A stretch of DNA of 37,458 bases from a virus (lineage: Duplodnaviria > Caudoviricetes), in IMG/VR virus record IMGVR_UViG_3300040736_000103, positions 1 through 37,458 of that record. One strand, 5' to 3'. This document shows, piece by piece, positions 8,245-16,809 of the stretch (its first letter is position 1; each line of letters opens with the position of its first letter). The notes under the pieces were generated by a model, which did no database searches, was not told where the DNA came from, and saw nothing but the letters and a program-made list of their open reading frames with translations. The position numbers and the translations under genes are program-made.

Positions 8245-8429
8245 TGGGAGAATTGCTGAAGAGGGAAAGAGAAATTGAAGCGATTGATACGGTGGGAGCG
8301 TTGCGGGAAGCATTGGCACGGTTCGGCGTGGATGATAAAACGCCGATCTATGACGGGGTTGGAGAACCGATAATGTTGACGCTGTATCGGGATATGGAGA
8401 CCGGCCTGCTGTCGGTCGAGTTCGAATAG
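8241..8429 (+). CDS. hypothetical protein
   Basis: GGAGGT RBS, ATGA overlap. Confidence 0.6.
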   Translation: MMGELLKREREIEAIDTVGALREALARFGVDDKTPIYDGVGEPIMLTLYRDMETGLLSVEFE

Positions 8430-8438
8430 GAGAACGGC

Positions 8439-8807
8439 ATGGGCGGGAAGCGGCTGAAAAAGAAAGACGATTTGCACTACAAAAAGGGACCTACGTCCGG
8501 CGGGTGCTCTCACTGCAACTTCTACGTGGGCAACTTCCTGGTGAGGGGCCTCGACGGCGCCGATCGCGGCATAGAACCGCGCTGCCGGGTCATGGGATTC
8601 GAGAACAGCGTGAGGTACCGCATCAACCCGGACAACCAGTGCGACAGATATGACGGAAATGTCCACCTGCTCCGGCTCATGGGCCATGGCCGTTACCGCG
8701 AAACATACGGCCCGGACGTGTATGCCGACGCCGTCAACGCGACTGTCGAGCGCAACCGGATGCTGGAGGGGCTCCAGGCGATGGGGAGGACAGGGAAGAT
8801 TGTTTGA
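8439..8807 (+). CDS. hypothetical Cys-containing protein
   Basis: AGGAG RBS; CSHC...C...CD. Confidence 0.6.
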   Translation: MGGKRLKKKDDLHYKKGPTSGGCSHCNFYVGNFLVRGLDGADRGIEPRCRVMGFENSVRYRINPDNQCDRYDGNVHLLRLMGHGRYRETYGPDVYADAVNATVERNRMLEGLQAMGRTGKIV

Positions 8808-8866
8808 CCGCTGAAGACAGGGCCGGAGCGCATCCGGCCCGCACTTGAACAGTCAAATGAAAAACA

Positions 8867-8901
8867 GGATCGAGGACCGAGGACCGAGGACCGAGGAGGA
8901 C
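8867..8901 (+). repeat. GGANCGA x4 array ending in the RBS of 8904
   Basis: ggatcga ggaccga ggaccga ggaccga ggaggac ca ATG. Confidence 0.8.
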
Positions 8902-8903
8902 CA

Positions 8904-9170
8904 ATGAACCGGACCGGTGTCATTCACTATGCGAAAGTTGAGAATTCCGACCGCCTGCGGCGGGTGCTGGCGGTGTTGTCAGACGGGCAACCGCACAGCA
9001 CCCTTGAGATTATCGCCTATGCCCGCGTCTGCGCGGTCAACTCGTGCATTGCCGAGCTGCGCATGAATGGTTATCGCATCGAATGCCGTCAGATCGGCCG
9101 GGAGCGGTTCGAGTACACGCTGGTCGAACAGCTGGTGTCTCTTGCCGAACCGCCGCCGGAGGCGGCATGA
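8904..9170 (+). CDS. winged-HTH protein
   Basis: RVLAVLSDGQPHSTLEI...AVNSCIAELRMNGYRI. Confidence 0.7.
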   Translation: MNRTGVIHYAKVENSDRLRRVLAVLSDGQPHSTLEIIAYARVCAVNSCIAELRMNGYRIECRQIGRERFEYTLVEQLVSLAEPPPEAA

Positions 9171-9262
9171 ACGACCCGAGAGAAACGGCTGTCTGCCTGT
9201 GCGCCGCGGGGCAGATTCTGATTGTCGCTATTGCCGCGATACTTCAGTGGCTGGGCCTGTGA
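9167..9262 (+). CDS. 31-aa membrane peptide
   Basis: GGAGG RBS, 4-nt overlaps at both ends, single hydrophobic helix. Confidence 0.45.
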   Translation: MNDPRETAVCLCAAGQILIVAIAAILQWLGL

Positions 9263-9435
9263 CCAGGGATGAATGGATCGCCTGTGAGGAGCGGGCCGCA
9301 ATCATGGAGTACCTGGGCGGGCTGCCGAGGACAGAGGCGGAGCGCATGGGGATGAAGATTGTCGAGGGCCGTGGTGGTGTGGCGGAGCAGATGGAGCTGT
9401 TGAAGGCGGAAGCGCATCAGACACGACGTAGGTGA
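9259..9435 (+). CDS. small phage protein (EERAAIMEY-GGL motif)
   Basis: GTG start overlapping the previous stop; motif I recognise from small phage proteins. Confidence 0.55.
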   Translation: MTRDEWIACEERAAIMEYLGGLPRTEAERMGMKIVEGRGGVAEQMELLKAEAHQTRRR

Positions 9436-9583
9436 AGTTTGCGCGCATGTGGCGGTGGACGGGGGTGTGGTTGGAGTTGATACCGCTGCCCCGTTCGCTG
9501 CCACGATAACAGCCTCGCCGCTGAGCGGCTTGCCCGCTCGTGCGGCTCGTTATCAACATTTTATGAAGGAAATACATAAAAAC

Positions 9584-10366
9584 ATGAATCTGCACTGTCC
9601 CATCTGCCACGCTCAATTTTCCGTCGAGGCCCTGACCCAGGACGCCGCCGCCCGCGAACTGCTCGCCATGCGGGCGACCATGCTGCCGTCGCTGCTGCCG
9701 TACCTGTCCCTGTTCCGCTCCCCGAAACGGGCGCTGGCGTTCGACCGGGCGCTGAAGCTGGCGAAAGAGGTCATGGCCCTGGACGACCCGGCCCGCCTGG
9801 AGACTGCCCTGGCCGAGACGGTGGAGTCCATGCGCCAGAAGCGCGAGGGGGGGCAGGCGCGACCCCTGAAGAACCACAATTACCTGAAGCGGGTGCTGGA
9901 GAATATTGGGACTAGGGATATGGGGCTAGGGGCTAGGGATGTAACCAGTCCCCAGCCTCCAGCCCCCAGCCCCCTGAGCAAGCGCGCTACCGCGCTTGTC
10001 TCCCTCTCCGAATGGGCCGGTAACGACTGGCTCCGCCGCGAGATATCCGCAGGACTGCAGGCCCTGGTGGCGCAGAGCCTCAAGTTTCAGCCCGCCGCAG
10101 ACATGATCGCCATGAACGCCGATGTCTGGCATGTGTCTCTGAAGAAGGTCTGCACCATCGAGCCGGTGGATACGCCGAGGATCCGCGCCGGGTTCGAGCG
10201 GCTGTTCGGCCGGGTCGAGGAATGGCCCGCCCCGAAACAGTTCCTGGAACTGATGCCCGCGCGTCCCCCGCGACAGTCCCTGCCCATGCCCGAGTTGACC
10301 GAAGAAGAGCGCAACAGGGGCAGGGCGGCGTTGAAAACACTGAAGGAAAAGCTGGGGGTGGAATGA
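9584..10366 (+). CDS. Mu-like phage protein with N-terminal Zn ribbon
   Basis: MNLHCPICHA...YLSLFR...ALAF...PLKNHNYLKRV...WPAPK; immediately upstream of mor. Confidence 0.7.
   Translation: MNLHCPICHAQFSVEALTQDAAARELLAMRATMLPSLLPYLSLFRSPKRALAFDRALKLAKEVMALDDPARLETALAETVESMRQKREGGQARPLKNHNYLKRVLENIGTRDMGLGARDVTSPQPPAPSPLSKRATALVSLSEWAGNDWLRREISAGLQALVAQSLKFQPAADMIAMNADVWHVSLKKVCTIEPVDTPRIRAGFERLFGRVEEWPAPKQFLELMPARPPRQSLPMPELTEEERNRGRAALKTLKEKLGVE
9908..9974. repeat. GGGGCTA-type x5 array plus inverse CCAGCCC x4, in frame
   Basis: gggacta gggatat ggggcta ggggcta gggatgt...ccagtcc ccagcct ccagccc ccagccc. Confidence 0.78.
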
Positions 10367-10665
10367 AGTACCTGGAGTACCTGAAAACCGAAGAGTTGCC
10401 GGAGCAGTACCAGGAGGTGATCCGCGTCATCGGCCTGGACGCGACGCTGAAACTGGCGGAAGCGTTTCCGGGGGTGCCTCTCTATTTCAAGTCGGCGCAC
10501 CGGCTGCTGCTCCCGGCAAAGAAGGCATTCATCCGGGCAAACTTCGACGGGGGCAATCATCGCCGCCTGGCGCTGGACACCGGGCTGCCTCTGGCCACGG
10601 TGTACGAAATTCTGGCCGAAGCGCGCGAGGCCGCGAAACAGTGCAAACTGTTCGATGATGCTTGA
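10363..10665 (+). CDS. mor: Mor/C-family transcription activator
   Basis: VIGLDATLKLAEAFPGVPLYF...IRANFDGGNHRRLALDTGL...VYEIL; last early gene. Confidence 0.85.
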   Translation: MKYLEYLKTEELPEQYQEVIRVIGLDATLKLAEAFPGVPLYFKSAHRLLLPAKKAFIRANFDGGNHRRLALDTGLPLATVYEILAEAREAAKQCKLFDDA

Positions 10666-10702
10666 CACCCGGCTTCGGCCGGGCGTATACAGAGATATCC
10701 AC

Positions 10703-10726
10703 AAGGGGCCGCAAGGCCCCTTTTTT
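10703..10726 (+). terminator. intrinsic terminator ending the early operon
   Basis: AAGGGGCC-GCAA-GGCCCC-TTTTTT. Confidence 0.88.
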
Positions 10727-10797
10727 ATTCCCGCAGTGAAGATACTTCCCCTTCCCAATCCTCTATAGTCCCTCTCGTTCATCCATTTTCACCTCCA

Positions 10798-10834
10798 GGC
10801 GGGCCGGCAAAGCCCAGCCGCCCGCCACTTTTTT
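10798..10834 (+). terminator. possible second terminator/attenuator upstream of lysis genes
   Basis: GGCGGGC...GCCCGCC followed by ACTTTTTT. Confidence 0.45.
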
Positions 10835-11065
10835 ACCCCGAACATCACACCAACCGATGGTGTCATGATGCCGGCAGTGCCGGCCCCGAGGGGCGGCGGG
10901 AATCCGTCCCATCCCATCGAAACCCCAGAGGGCCGCAGACCCCAGCCTCCGTGATCCTGGGCGAGGCCCGCGCGTGCTGTCGGTGTTTTCCGCCGGCGCT
11001 GAAGGAAGGGCGGACCAGACACGTATATACGTCACCGGACGGTCCGCCCCTTGTGAGGAGACATC

Positions 11066-11548
11066 ATGCCCATCCCAGCGAATATCGTCCCCGTCATCGA
11101 ACTGGCGGCAGCGACGCACAAGCTCCCCGCGGACCTGGTCCGCGCCATCGTCCAGGTGGAGAGCTCCGGCAACACCTTCGCTATCCGCTACGAGCCGAAT
11201 TTTCTGCTCACCTACGTCAAGAAGGACGTCAAGACCTTCGGCGCGTCTCGGGATACCGAACGGATCTCCCGCGCCACCAGCTGGGGCCTGATGCAGGTGA
11301 TGGGGCAGGTTGCCCGCGAACTGGGATGTACGGAACCTTTTCTGTCATCGCTGTGCGAGCCGGTGACCGGCCTGGAGTGCGGATGCCGCCTGCTGGCCAG
11401 GCTGCGCGACAAGTACCTCGAGAAACACGGCTGGGACGGCGTCATCGCGGCATACAACGCCGGGAGCCCGCGCCGGGATGAGTCGGGAGAGTACGTGAAC
11501 CAGCCGTACGTGATGAAGGTGCTCAAGCATTTCAAGGAGGCGCAATGA
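11066..11548 (+). CDS. endolysin, SLT-type lytic transglycosylase
   Basis: AIVQVESSG, SWGLMQVM, AAYNAG, YVMKV motifs. Confidence 0.9.
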   Translation: MPIPANIVPVIELAAATHKLPADLVRAIVQVESSGNTFAIRYEPNFLLTYVKKDVKTFGASRDTERISRATSWGLMQVMGQVARELGCTEPFLSSLCEPVTGLECGCRLLARLRDKYLEKHGWDGVIAAYNAGSPRRDESGEYVNQPYVMKVLKHFKEAQ

Positions 11549-11934
11549 AAAACTGGCTGCTGGGAAAACTGCTCGGCTTCGCGGGAAAGAAACTCGACGG
11601 CTACAAGACCAAAATCGGCGGGGTCGGCCTGATACTGGTCGGCATAGCGGGCATCATCGCAAAATTATTCCCGGACCAGAACCTGCCGGAGATGGACCTC
11701 GACGCGGCAATCGCATCCATCGCCGCCGGTGTGGCCGCCCTGGGGCTCGGCCACAAGGCGGAAAAGACCCGTGCCGCGGTAGAGGCGACGATGCCGCCTG
11801 TCGTCTCACTTCCCGAACCGGAAATATCAGTAAAGCAAGGGGAAAGGCCCTCCGCAGGCGTTACGGGGTCTGCCTCCGTCGAACCTTCACCGCCACCGAA
11901 ATGGAACAGCCGAGTACCGGGGCAATTCCCGTGA
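11545..11934 (+). CDS. holin-like membrane protein
   Basis: GYKT motif followed by two hydrophobic helices; directly after the endolysin. Confidence 0.55.
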   Translation: MKNWLLGKLLGFAGKKLDGYKTKIGGVGLILVGIAGIIAKLFPDQNLPEMDLDAAIASIAAGVAALGLGHKAEKTRAAVEATMPPVVSLPEPEISVKQGERPSAGVTGSASVEPSPPPKWNSRVPGQFP

Positions 11935-12015
11935 AATTCGCCCTGCGGAAGACTTTCCCGTGGGACTGGGACATGTGGCTCTGCCGCCTGTTCCGCAAAA
12001 GAAAGGAGCCTGAGC

Positions 12016-12297
12016 ATGTGGGAGAAGATCAAGTTTCTGGCGTCGAGCCTGTGGGATTTCTTCCGGCCGATGATACGGCAGTTCCTGACGGCGGTCGGTC
12101 CGGCGCTCACGGCGGCTGCAACGGCGGCTGTCACCGTGGCGGCGCACAAAGAAATCAGTTCCGCTGAAAAGCGACAAGGAGCCTATGCGCAAATTTTACT
12201 GGAACTGGAAAAGCAGGGCCTTCAGCTGGGGATCGACTTCACCTCCCGCATGGTCAACGCGGCCATCGAAGCGGCGGTGGCGGGGTTGGACGACTGA
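12016..12297 (+). CDS. hypothetical protein (possibly holin-related)
   Basis: AAAGGAG RBS; SSAEKR...NAAIEAAV pattern. Confidence 0.55.
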   Translation: MWEKIKFLASSLWDFFRPMIRQFLTAVGPALTAAATAAVTVAAHKEISSAEKRQGAYAQILLELEKQGLQLGIDFTSRMVNAAIEAAVAGLDD

Positions 12298-12343
12298 AGC
12301 GGCGACTCCACGCCATGACCGAATCCACAAGGAGCACTGACTG

Positions 12344-12706
12344 ATGGAAACAATCTCTCTGCCGTTCGCCACACTCATTATCCAGGTCCTCGGGCTGCCC
12401 GGTTTAATCTTCATCATCTGGCACTTCGACAACAAAAGGTTCGAAAAGCAGCGGGAGGAGTACAAGGAGCACGTCTCCGCCATCCTGAACCAGTACAAGG
12501 AGGATGTGTCGGAGATAAAGCACCTGTACGAGACGAACGTGTCCCTGGTGAAGAACTACGAGTACGGCGTGAAGCAATGGGAGAAGCTGGACAGCGAGCT
12601 GGCCGGGATTATCACCCTGAATACGCAGATCCTGACCCGGCTGGTGGAGAAGGTGGACAACAATCAATTCTGCCCGACGGTTCGGGCAGCGGGGCCGAGA
12701 GCATGA
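12344..12706 (+). CDS. membrane-anchored coiled-coil protein
   Basis: AAGGAG RBS, N-terminal TM helix, coiled coil. Confidence 0.65.
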   Translation: METISLPFATLIIQVLGLPGLIFIIWHFDNKRFEKQREEYKEHVSAILNQYKEDVSEIKHLYETNVSLVKNYEYGVKQWEKLDSELAGIITLNTQILTRLVEKVDNNQFCPTVRAAGPRA

Positions 12707-12948
12707 ACCTGGAACGGGCCGCCATGCGCGGCAAACTGGCGGAGCTGCACGATGAAGCGAAAAAGCTGCGCCTGAAAATTGAAGGCAATGCCACGGCGAT
12801 CCGCCAGGGTCTGAATACCGCGCTCACCCCGGTGGATGACCTGGAGGTACCGCAGATCGCCGAGCAGATGGACTATCTGGTCATGGCCTGGGCCGAGCTG
12901 CAGAAGGTGGGCTCGGACATCGCCCGGCTGGAGAGGGAGCTGCGATGA
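12703..12948 (+). CDS. hypothetical coiled-coil protein
   Basis: ATGA overlap; MNLERAAMRGKL... Confidence 0.65.
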   Translation: MNLERAAMRGKLAELHDEAKKLRLKIEGNATAIRQGLNTALTPVDDLEVPQIAEQMDYLVMAWAELQKVGSDIARLERELR

Positions 12949-12953
12949 GGACA

Positions 12954-12988
12954 GGCTCGAGGAACGAGGAACGAGGTCCGAGGATTTG
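12954..12988 (+). repeat. GGNNCGA x4 array ending at the RBS of the small terminase
   Basis: ggctcga ggaacga ggaacga ggtccga ggatttg ct ATG. Confidence 0.78.
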
Positions 12989-12990
12989 CT

Positions 12991-13482
12991 ATGGCCGTTA
13001 AGGGCGACAGGGCACGGCTGGAACCGGTGGCGCGCATGCTCTATGTGGAGCAGGGCAAGGGCCTTACCGAGATCGAGGAGATGCTCGGCGTGTCCCGGCA
13101 GACTCTGTCCGAGTGGAAGGCCCGCACGCGGCGCTACGGCGACGAACTGGACGAATGGGACAAGGCCCGCTCCGCCAAGGAGGGGTACGAGGCCAAACTC
13201 CTCCAGGTGCGCGACACCCTGATGATGGAGATCGAAATCAAGCCGCTTCAGGCCGGCGCCCACCTGGACGCCCTCTCCAAGATCGAAGCCATTCTGGACA
13301 AGCGGGCGAGGATAGCCCGCGAGGCGGCGGAAACCCTCGCGCGGCAGAAAGGCGAGACATTCCTGGCGGTCATCAAGGACATCATCGAATACAGCCGGGC
13401 CAACGCTCCGGAACTGTTCTCCTCCCTGGAGGAACATTTTGACGACCTGGTGCAGTATGGCCGGGAAAGGTATGCGGCATAG
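12991..13482 (+). CDS. terminase small subunit (DUF1804-like HTH)
   Basis: ARMLYVEQG...IEEMLGVSRQTLSEWK...WDKAR; abuts terL. Confidence 0.75.
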   Translation: MAVKGDRARLEPVARMLYVEQGKGLTEIEEMLGVSRQTLSEWKARTRRYGDELDEWDKARSAKEGYEAKLLQVRDTLMMEIEIKPLQAGAHLDALSKIEAILDKRARIAREAAETLARQKGETFLAVIKDIIEYSRANAPELFSSLEEHFDDLVQYGRERYAA

Positions 13483-15192
13483 ATGGCGATATCGTTGAGC
13501 CAGGCCAAGAAGCGCATGTGGGACAAGGAGGTCGAGGCAATCCGCCTGCAGATCCAGGCGGCCGCCAAGCCCTTCCCGGACGACAAAGCGGAGCAGAAGA
13601 AGCGCAAGGCGCGGGCTGAACGTGACATGGCGTTCTTCGGCCGGACCTACTTCCCCCACTATTTCAGCAAGCCTGCCAGCGCCTTGCATCACTATTTCGC
13701 CGAGCGCTACCCGGCGATGATCGAACGAGCCATTACCACCGGCGAGGGAGACAAGGAAGCCGACGCCGCGCCACGCGGCAACGCGAAATCAACCTGGACC
13801 ACCTTTCTGCTGCCCGCGTGGGTAGCCGCCTTCCGCAAGCGGCGCTATCCGCTGATCGTCTCCGAGACGCGAGGTCAGGCCGAGGCATTCCTTTCCTTCA
13901 TCAAGCTGGAACTGGAGAGCAACGACCGTCTCAAGCAGGACATCCCGGAGCTGGTGGGCGAAGGCCCGGTCTGGCGCAGCGACCAGATCATCACCCGCAA
14001 CGGCGTGAAGATTCAGGCCGCGGGCGCCGGGCAGAAGCTGAGGGGCCTGCGCCACGGCAGCTTCCGGCCCGATTTGGTCATCGGTGACGACCTGGAGAAC
14101 GACGAATCTGTGGAGAGCCCTGACCAGCGCAAGAAGCTGGACAACTGGTTTTTCAAGGCGCTGATGAAGATAGGCCAGCCCGATACGGTGTACATCGTGG
14201 TCGGAACCATTCTGCACCATGAGAGCCTGCTGCAGAAGCTGCTCGACAAACCCGGCTGGAAGGGACGCAAGTTCAAGGCGGTTATCAGGTGGAGCCCGTC
14301 GCAGCTATGGGAAGAGTGGGAGCGGATCTTCGCCGACATCTCCATCGGCAAGGAGCAGGCCGAGGCGGCAGCGGACAACTATTTCGACGCTCACCGTGGG
14401 GAGATGCTGGACGGAACCGAGGTCCTGTGGCCGGAGATGGAGCCGTACTACTACCTGATGAAGATGCGGGTATCGGACGGCCCGGCCTACTTCGACAGCG
14501 AAAAGCAGAACGAGCCGCTCAACCCGGAGGACCAGGTGTTCTTCGAGGAGTGGTTCCAGGACTGGGACGACCTGGAGATCGACTTCAGCGGCATCATGCA
14601 CGCGGGGGCGGTGGACCCTTCCCTGGGCAAGCGGAACAAGCGGAACGACCCTTCCGCCATCCTGGGCGGCCGCATGAAGGACAACGTGCTGTACCTGGAT
14701 ATCGCCGACATCGAGCGGCGGCAGCCGGACCGGATCATGAACGACGTGCTCACCTACCACGAGCGAGATCCGTTCGACAAGATACGATTCGAGACGGTCC
14801 AGTTCCAGGAGTTCTTCGCAAGGACGGTTGAAAAGGTCTCCCACGACCGGGGGCTCACGCTCAATATCGACGAGTTCACCCCCAATACGGACAAGGACCT
14901 GCGAATCATCCGGCTGCAGCCGTGGGTCAAGAACGGATGGATCCGCTTCCGCCCCGAGCATCGGGAGCTGAAGCGTCAACTCTTGTACTACCGGCCCAAG
15001 GGCAGAGGCGGCCATGACGACGGGCCGGATGCCCTGGAGATGCTGCTGGGGCTGTGCGAAGGCGGGCTGGTAAGGGCGGCCTGCGCCGGGGCCGGAGACG
15101 AAGAAGAAAAGCGATCCGAGCGGAGAGAGGGACTAATGGGAAGCATGGGCAGAATCGGCAGGATGTTCGGACGGAGGGCCGCACAGAGGTGA
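13483..15192 (+). CDS. terminase large subunit
   Basis: APRGNAKST (Walker A), RPDLVIGDDLE (Walker B), VVGT, AVDPS and HDDGPDALE nuclease motifs. Confidence 0.93.
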   Translation: MAISLSQAKKRMWDKEVEAIRLQIQAAAKPFPDDKAEQKKRKARAERDMAFFGRTYFPHYFSKPASALHHYFAERYPAMIERAITTGEGDKEADAAPRGNAKSTWTTFLLPAWVAAFRKRRYPLIVSETRGQAEAFLSFIKLELESNDRLKQDIPELVGEGPVWRSDQIITRNGVKIQAAGAGQKLRGLRHGSFRPDLVIGDDLENDESVESPDQRKKLDNWFFKALMKIGQPDTVYIVVGTILHHESLLQKLLDKPGWKGRKFKAVIRWSPSQLWEEWERIFADISIGKEQAEAAADNYFDAHRGEMLDGTEVLWPEMEPYYYLMKMRVSDGPAYFDSEKQNEPLNPEDQVFFEEWFQDWDDLEIDFSGIMHAGAVDPSLGKRNKRNDPSAILGGRMKDNVLYLDIADIERRQPDRIMNDVLTYHERDPFDKIRFETVQFQEFFARTVEKVSHDRGLTLNIDEFTPNTDKDLRIIRLQPWVKNGWIRFRPEHRELKRQLLYYRPKGRGGHDDGPDALEMLLGLCEGGLVRAACAGAGDEEEKRSERREGLMGSMGRIGRMFGRRAAQR

Positions 15193-16628
15193 GCATCAAG
15201 TCCTATTTGATAGAAAAGCTGTTCGGCGCGGTCATCGACCGGAAAGTCCAGGAGCGCCTTCCCGCCGCCGGCTCGGGCGACGGCGACGAGTACGGGTGGC
15301 GACGCATCTCCGGGAACTCCGACCGGGAACTGCCCATCGCCGCCTGGGCTCGCCAGGTGGAAGTCTGCTACTGGCTGTGGAAGACCAACCCCATGGGCAA
15401 CTGGATAGTGGAGACACTAACCAACTTCGTGGCGGGCAACGGGTTCACCTATACAGCCGAAAACGAAGAGGTCAAGGCGCTGCTGGACGCGTTCTGGTTC
15501 GATCCCATCAACCGCATGGACCTGAAGCTGGAGGACAAGGTCCGGGAGCTCTCCATCTTCGGCGTGCAGTGCTGGCCCGTGTTCAAGGCCGAACAGACCG
15601 GACGGGTCCGGCTGGGCATGGTCGATCCGTCCCTGATTGCCGCAATCTTCACCGACCCGCACAACGCGGAGCTGCAGATAGGCATCCAGCTGTACAGTCC
15701 CACCGCCGGGCAGACCCGCTACCTGAAAACCATCCTGGCAGGTGAGGCGGAAACGGTGATGTCGGAAGCGGCCATACAGCTGCGGGAGGGGTACGCGGAC
15801 GGGGAGTGTTTCCTGTTCAGCGTCAACCGCGTCTCCAATGACCCGTACGGCACCAGCGACATTTTTGTCATCGCCGACTGGCTCGATGAGTACGAAGAGT
15901 TCATCTACAACTTTTCCGGCAAGGCCCGCAAACAGAACGCCTACATCTGGGACGTGAAACTGGAGGGCGCGGACGAGACCGCGTGCGCCGAGTATGCCCG
16001 CAAATTTCCCTCGCAGACCGACGGCGCAGTAAGGGTGCACAACGAAAAGGTGGTATGGGAAGCAGTGGCCCCGAACCTCCAGGCCATTGAGATAAAGGAA
16101 AGCGCCTCGGTGTTCCGCAATCACATCTTGGGGAACAAGTCTATCCCAGAACACTGGTACGGCGGCGGCGGCGACGTGAACCGCAATACCGCCACCGAGA
16201 GCAACGATCCGATACAGGCGTTCATCCGTACGCGGCAGAACCGAGTCAAATTCATTATCGAATCTATTTTCACCCACGTGATTCAAAGCGCCATGGACGC
16301 CGGGTTCCTGCGGGTTCCGGCCGAGGAGGCGTTCAATTTCGCGGTGAATGTGCCCGAGGCCACCAACAAGGATCTGACGAAGATAGCGTCCGCGGTCCAA
16401 TCGATAGTCACCGCCATGGTGGCGGCGGCCGCCCAGAACTGGCTGGATCGGGACACGGCGGTGAAGCTGTTCGCCTTCGTCATCGCACTGACCGGGTTCG
16501 AGATCGACCCGGAAAACATCCTGGAGATGGAGCCGGGGTACGAGGACTATCAGAAACCAGGATCGAGGAACGAGGATAAACCAGGATCGAGGAACGGGGA
16601 TCGAGGAACGAGGAAAGAAGAATCTTAA
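15189..16628 (+). CDS. portal protein
   Basis: About 479 aa after terL, GTG start overlapping its stop; NRVSNDPYGTSD, IPEHWYG...NRNTA. Confidence 0.78.
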   Translation: MSIKSYLIEKLFGAVIDRKVQERLPAAGSGDGDEYGWRRISGNSDRELPIAAWARQVEVCYWLWKTNPMGNWIVETLTNFVAGNGFTYTAENEEVKALLDAFWFDPINRMDLKLEDKVRELSIFGVQCWPVFKAEQTGRVRLGMVDPSLIAAIFTDPHNAELQIGIQLYSPTAGQTRYLKTILAGEAETVMSEAAIQLREGYADGECFLFSVNRVSNDPYGTSDIFVIADWLDEYEEFIYNFSGKARKQNAYIWDVKLEGADETACAEYARKFPSQTDGAVRVHNEKVVWEAVAPNLQAIEIKESASVFRNHILGNKSIPEHWYGGGGDVNRNTATESNDPIQAFIRTRQNRVKFIIESIFTHVIQSAMDAGFLRVPAEEAFNFAVNVPEATNKDLTKIASAVQSIVTAMVAAAAQNWLDRDTAVKLFAFVIALTGFEIDPENILEMEPGYEDYQKPGSRNEDKPGSRNGDRGTRKEES

Positions 16629-16660
16629 CCTCGAACCTCGATCCTCGAATCGCGAACCTG
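16553..16660. repeat. GGAWCGA array plus inverse copies straddling the portal stop
   Basis: aaaccaggatcgaggaacg duplicated, further units to about 16617; inverse acctcga acctcga tcctcga from 16628. Confidence 0.82.
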
Positions 16661-16809
16661 ATTTCAAGATTCTTTCAGATTTGCCCTGTGAGGGCTCGGA
16701 GCCGAAAACCCGGCCCATTGCCCTAAAAAATATTGACTTGAATTTATAACACCCCTACGGGCTCAAATCCGGCCATTCCCACTATGGGAAACGGATGAAA
16801 AAGGGACGC

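Noticed and set aside
9505-9556. Integron attC site (TAAC...GTTA)
   Set aside because: Ends do not fit RYYYAAC/GTTRRRY, the element is short and no integron integrase is present.
11901-12167. Overlapping spanin-like ORF in the lysis cassette
   Set aside because: No lipobox or signal sequence; spanins could not be identified.
6521-16660. CRISPR array interpretation of the GGANCGA repeats
   Set aside because: Units are 7 bp, tandem, without spacers; no cas genes.
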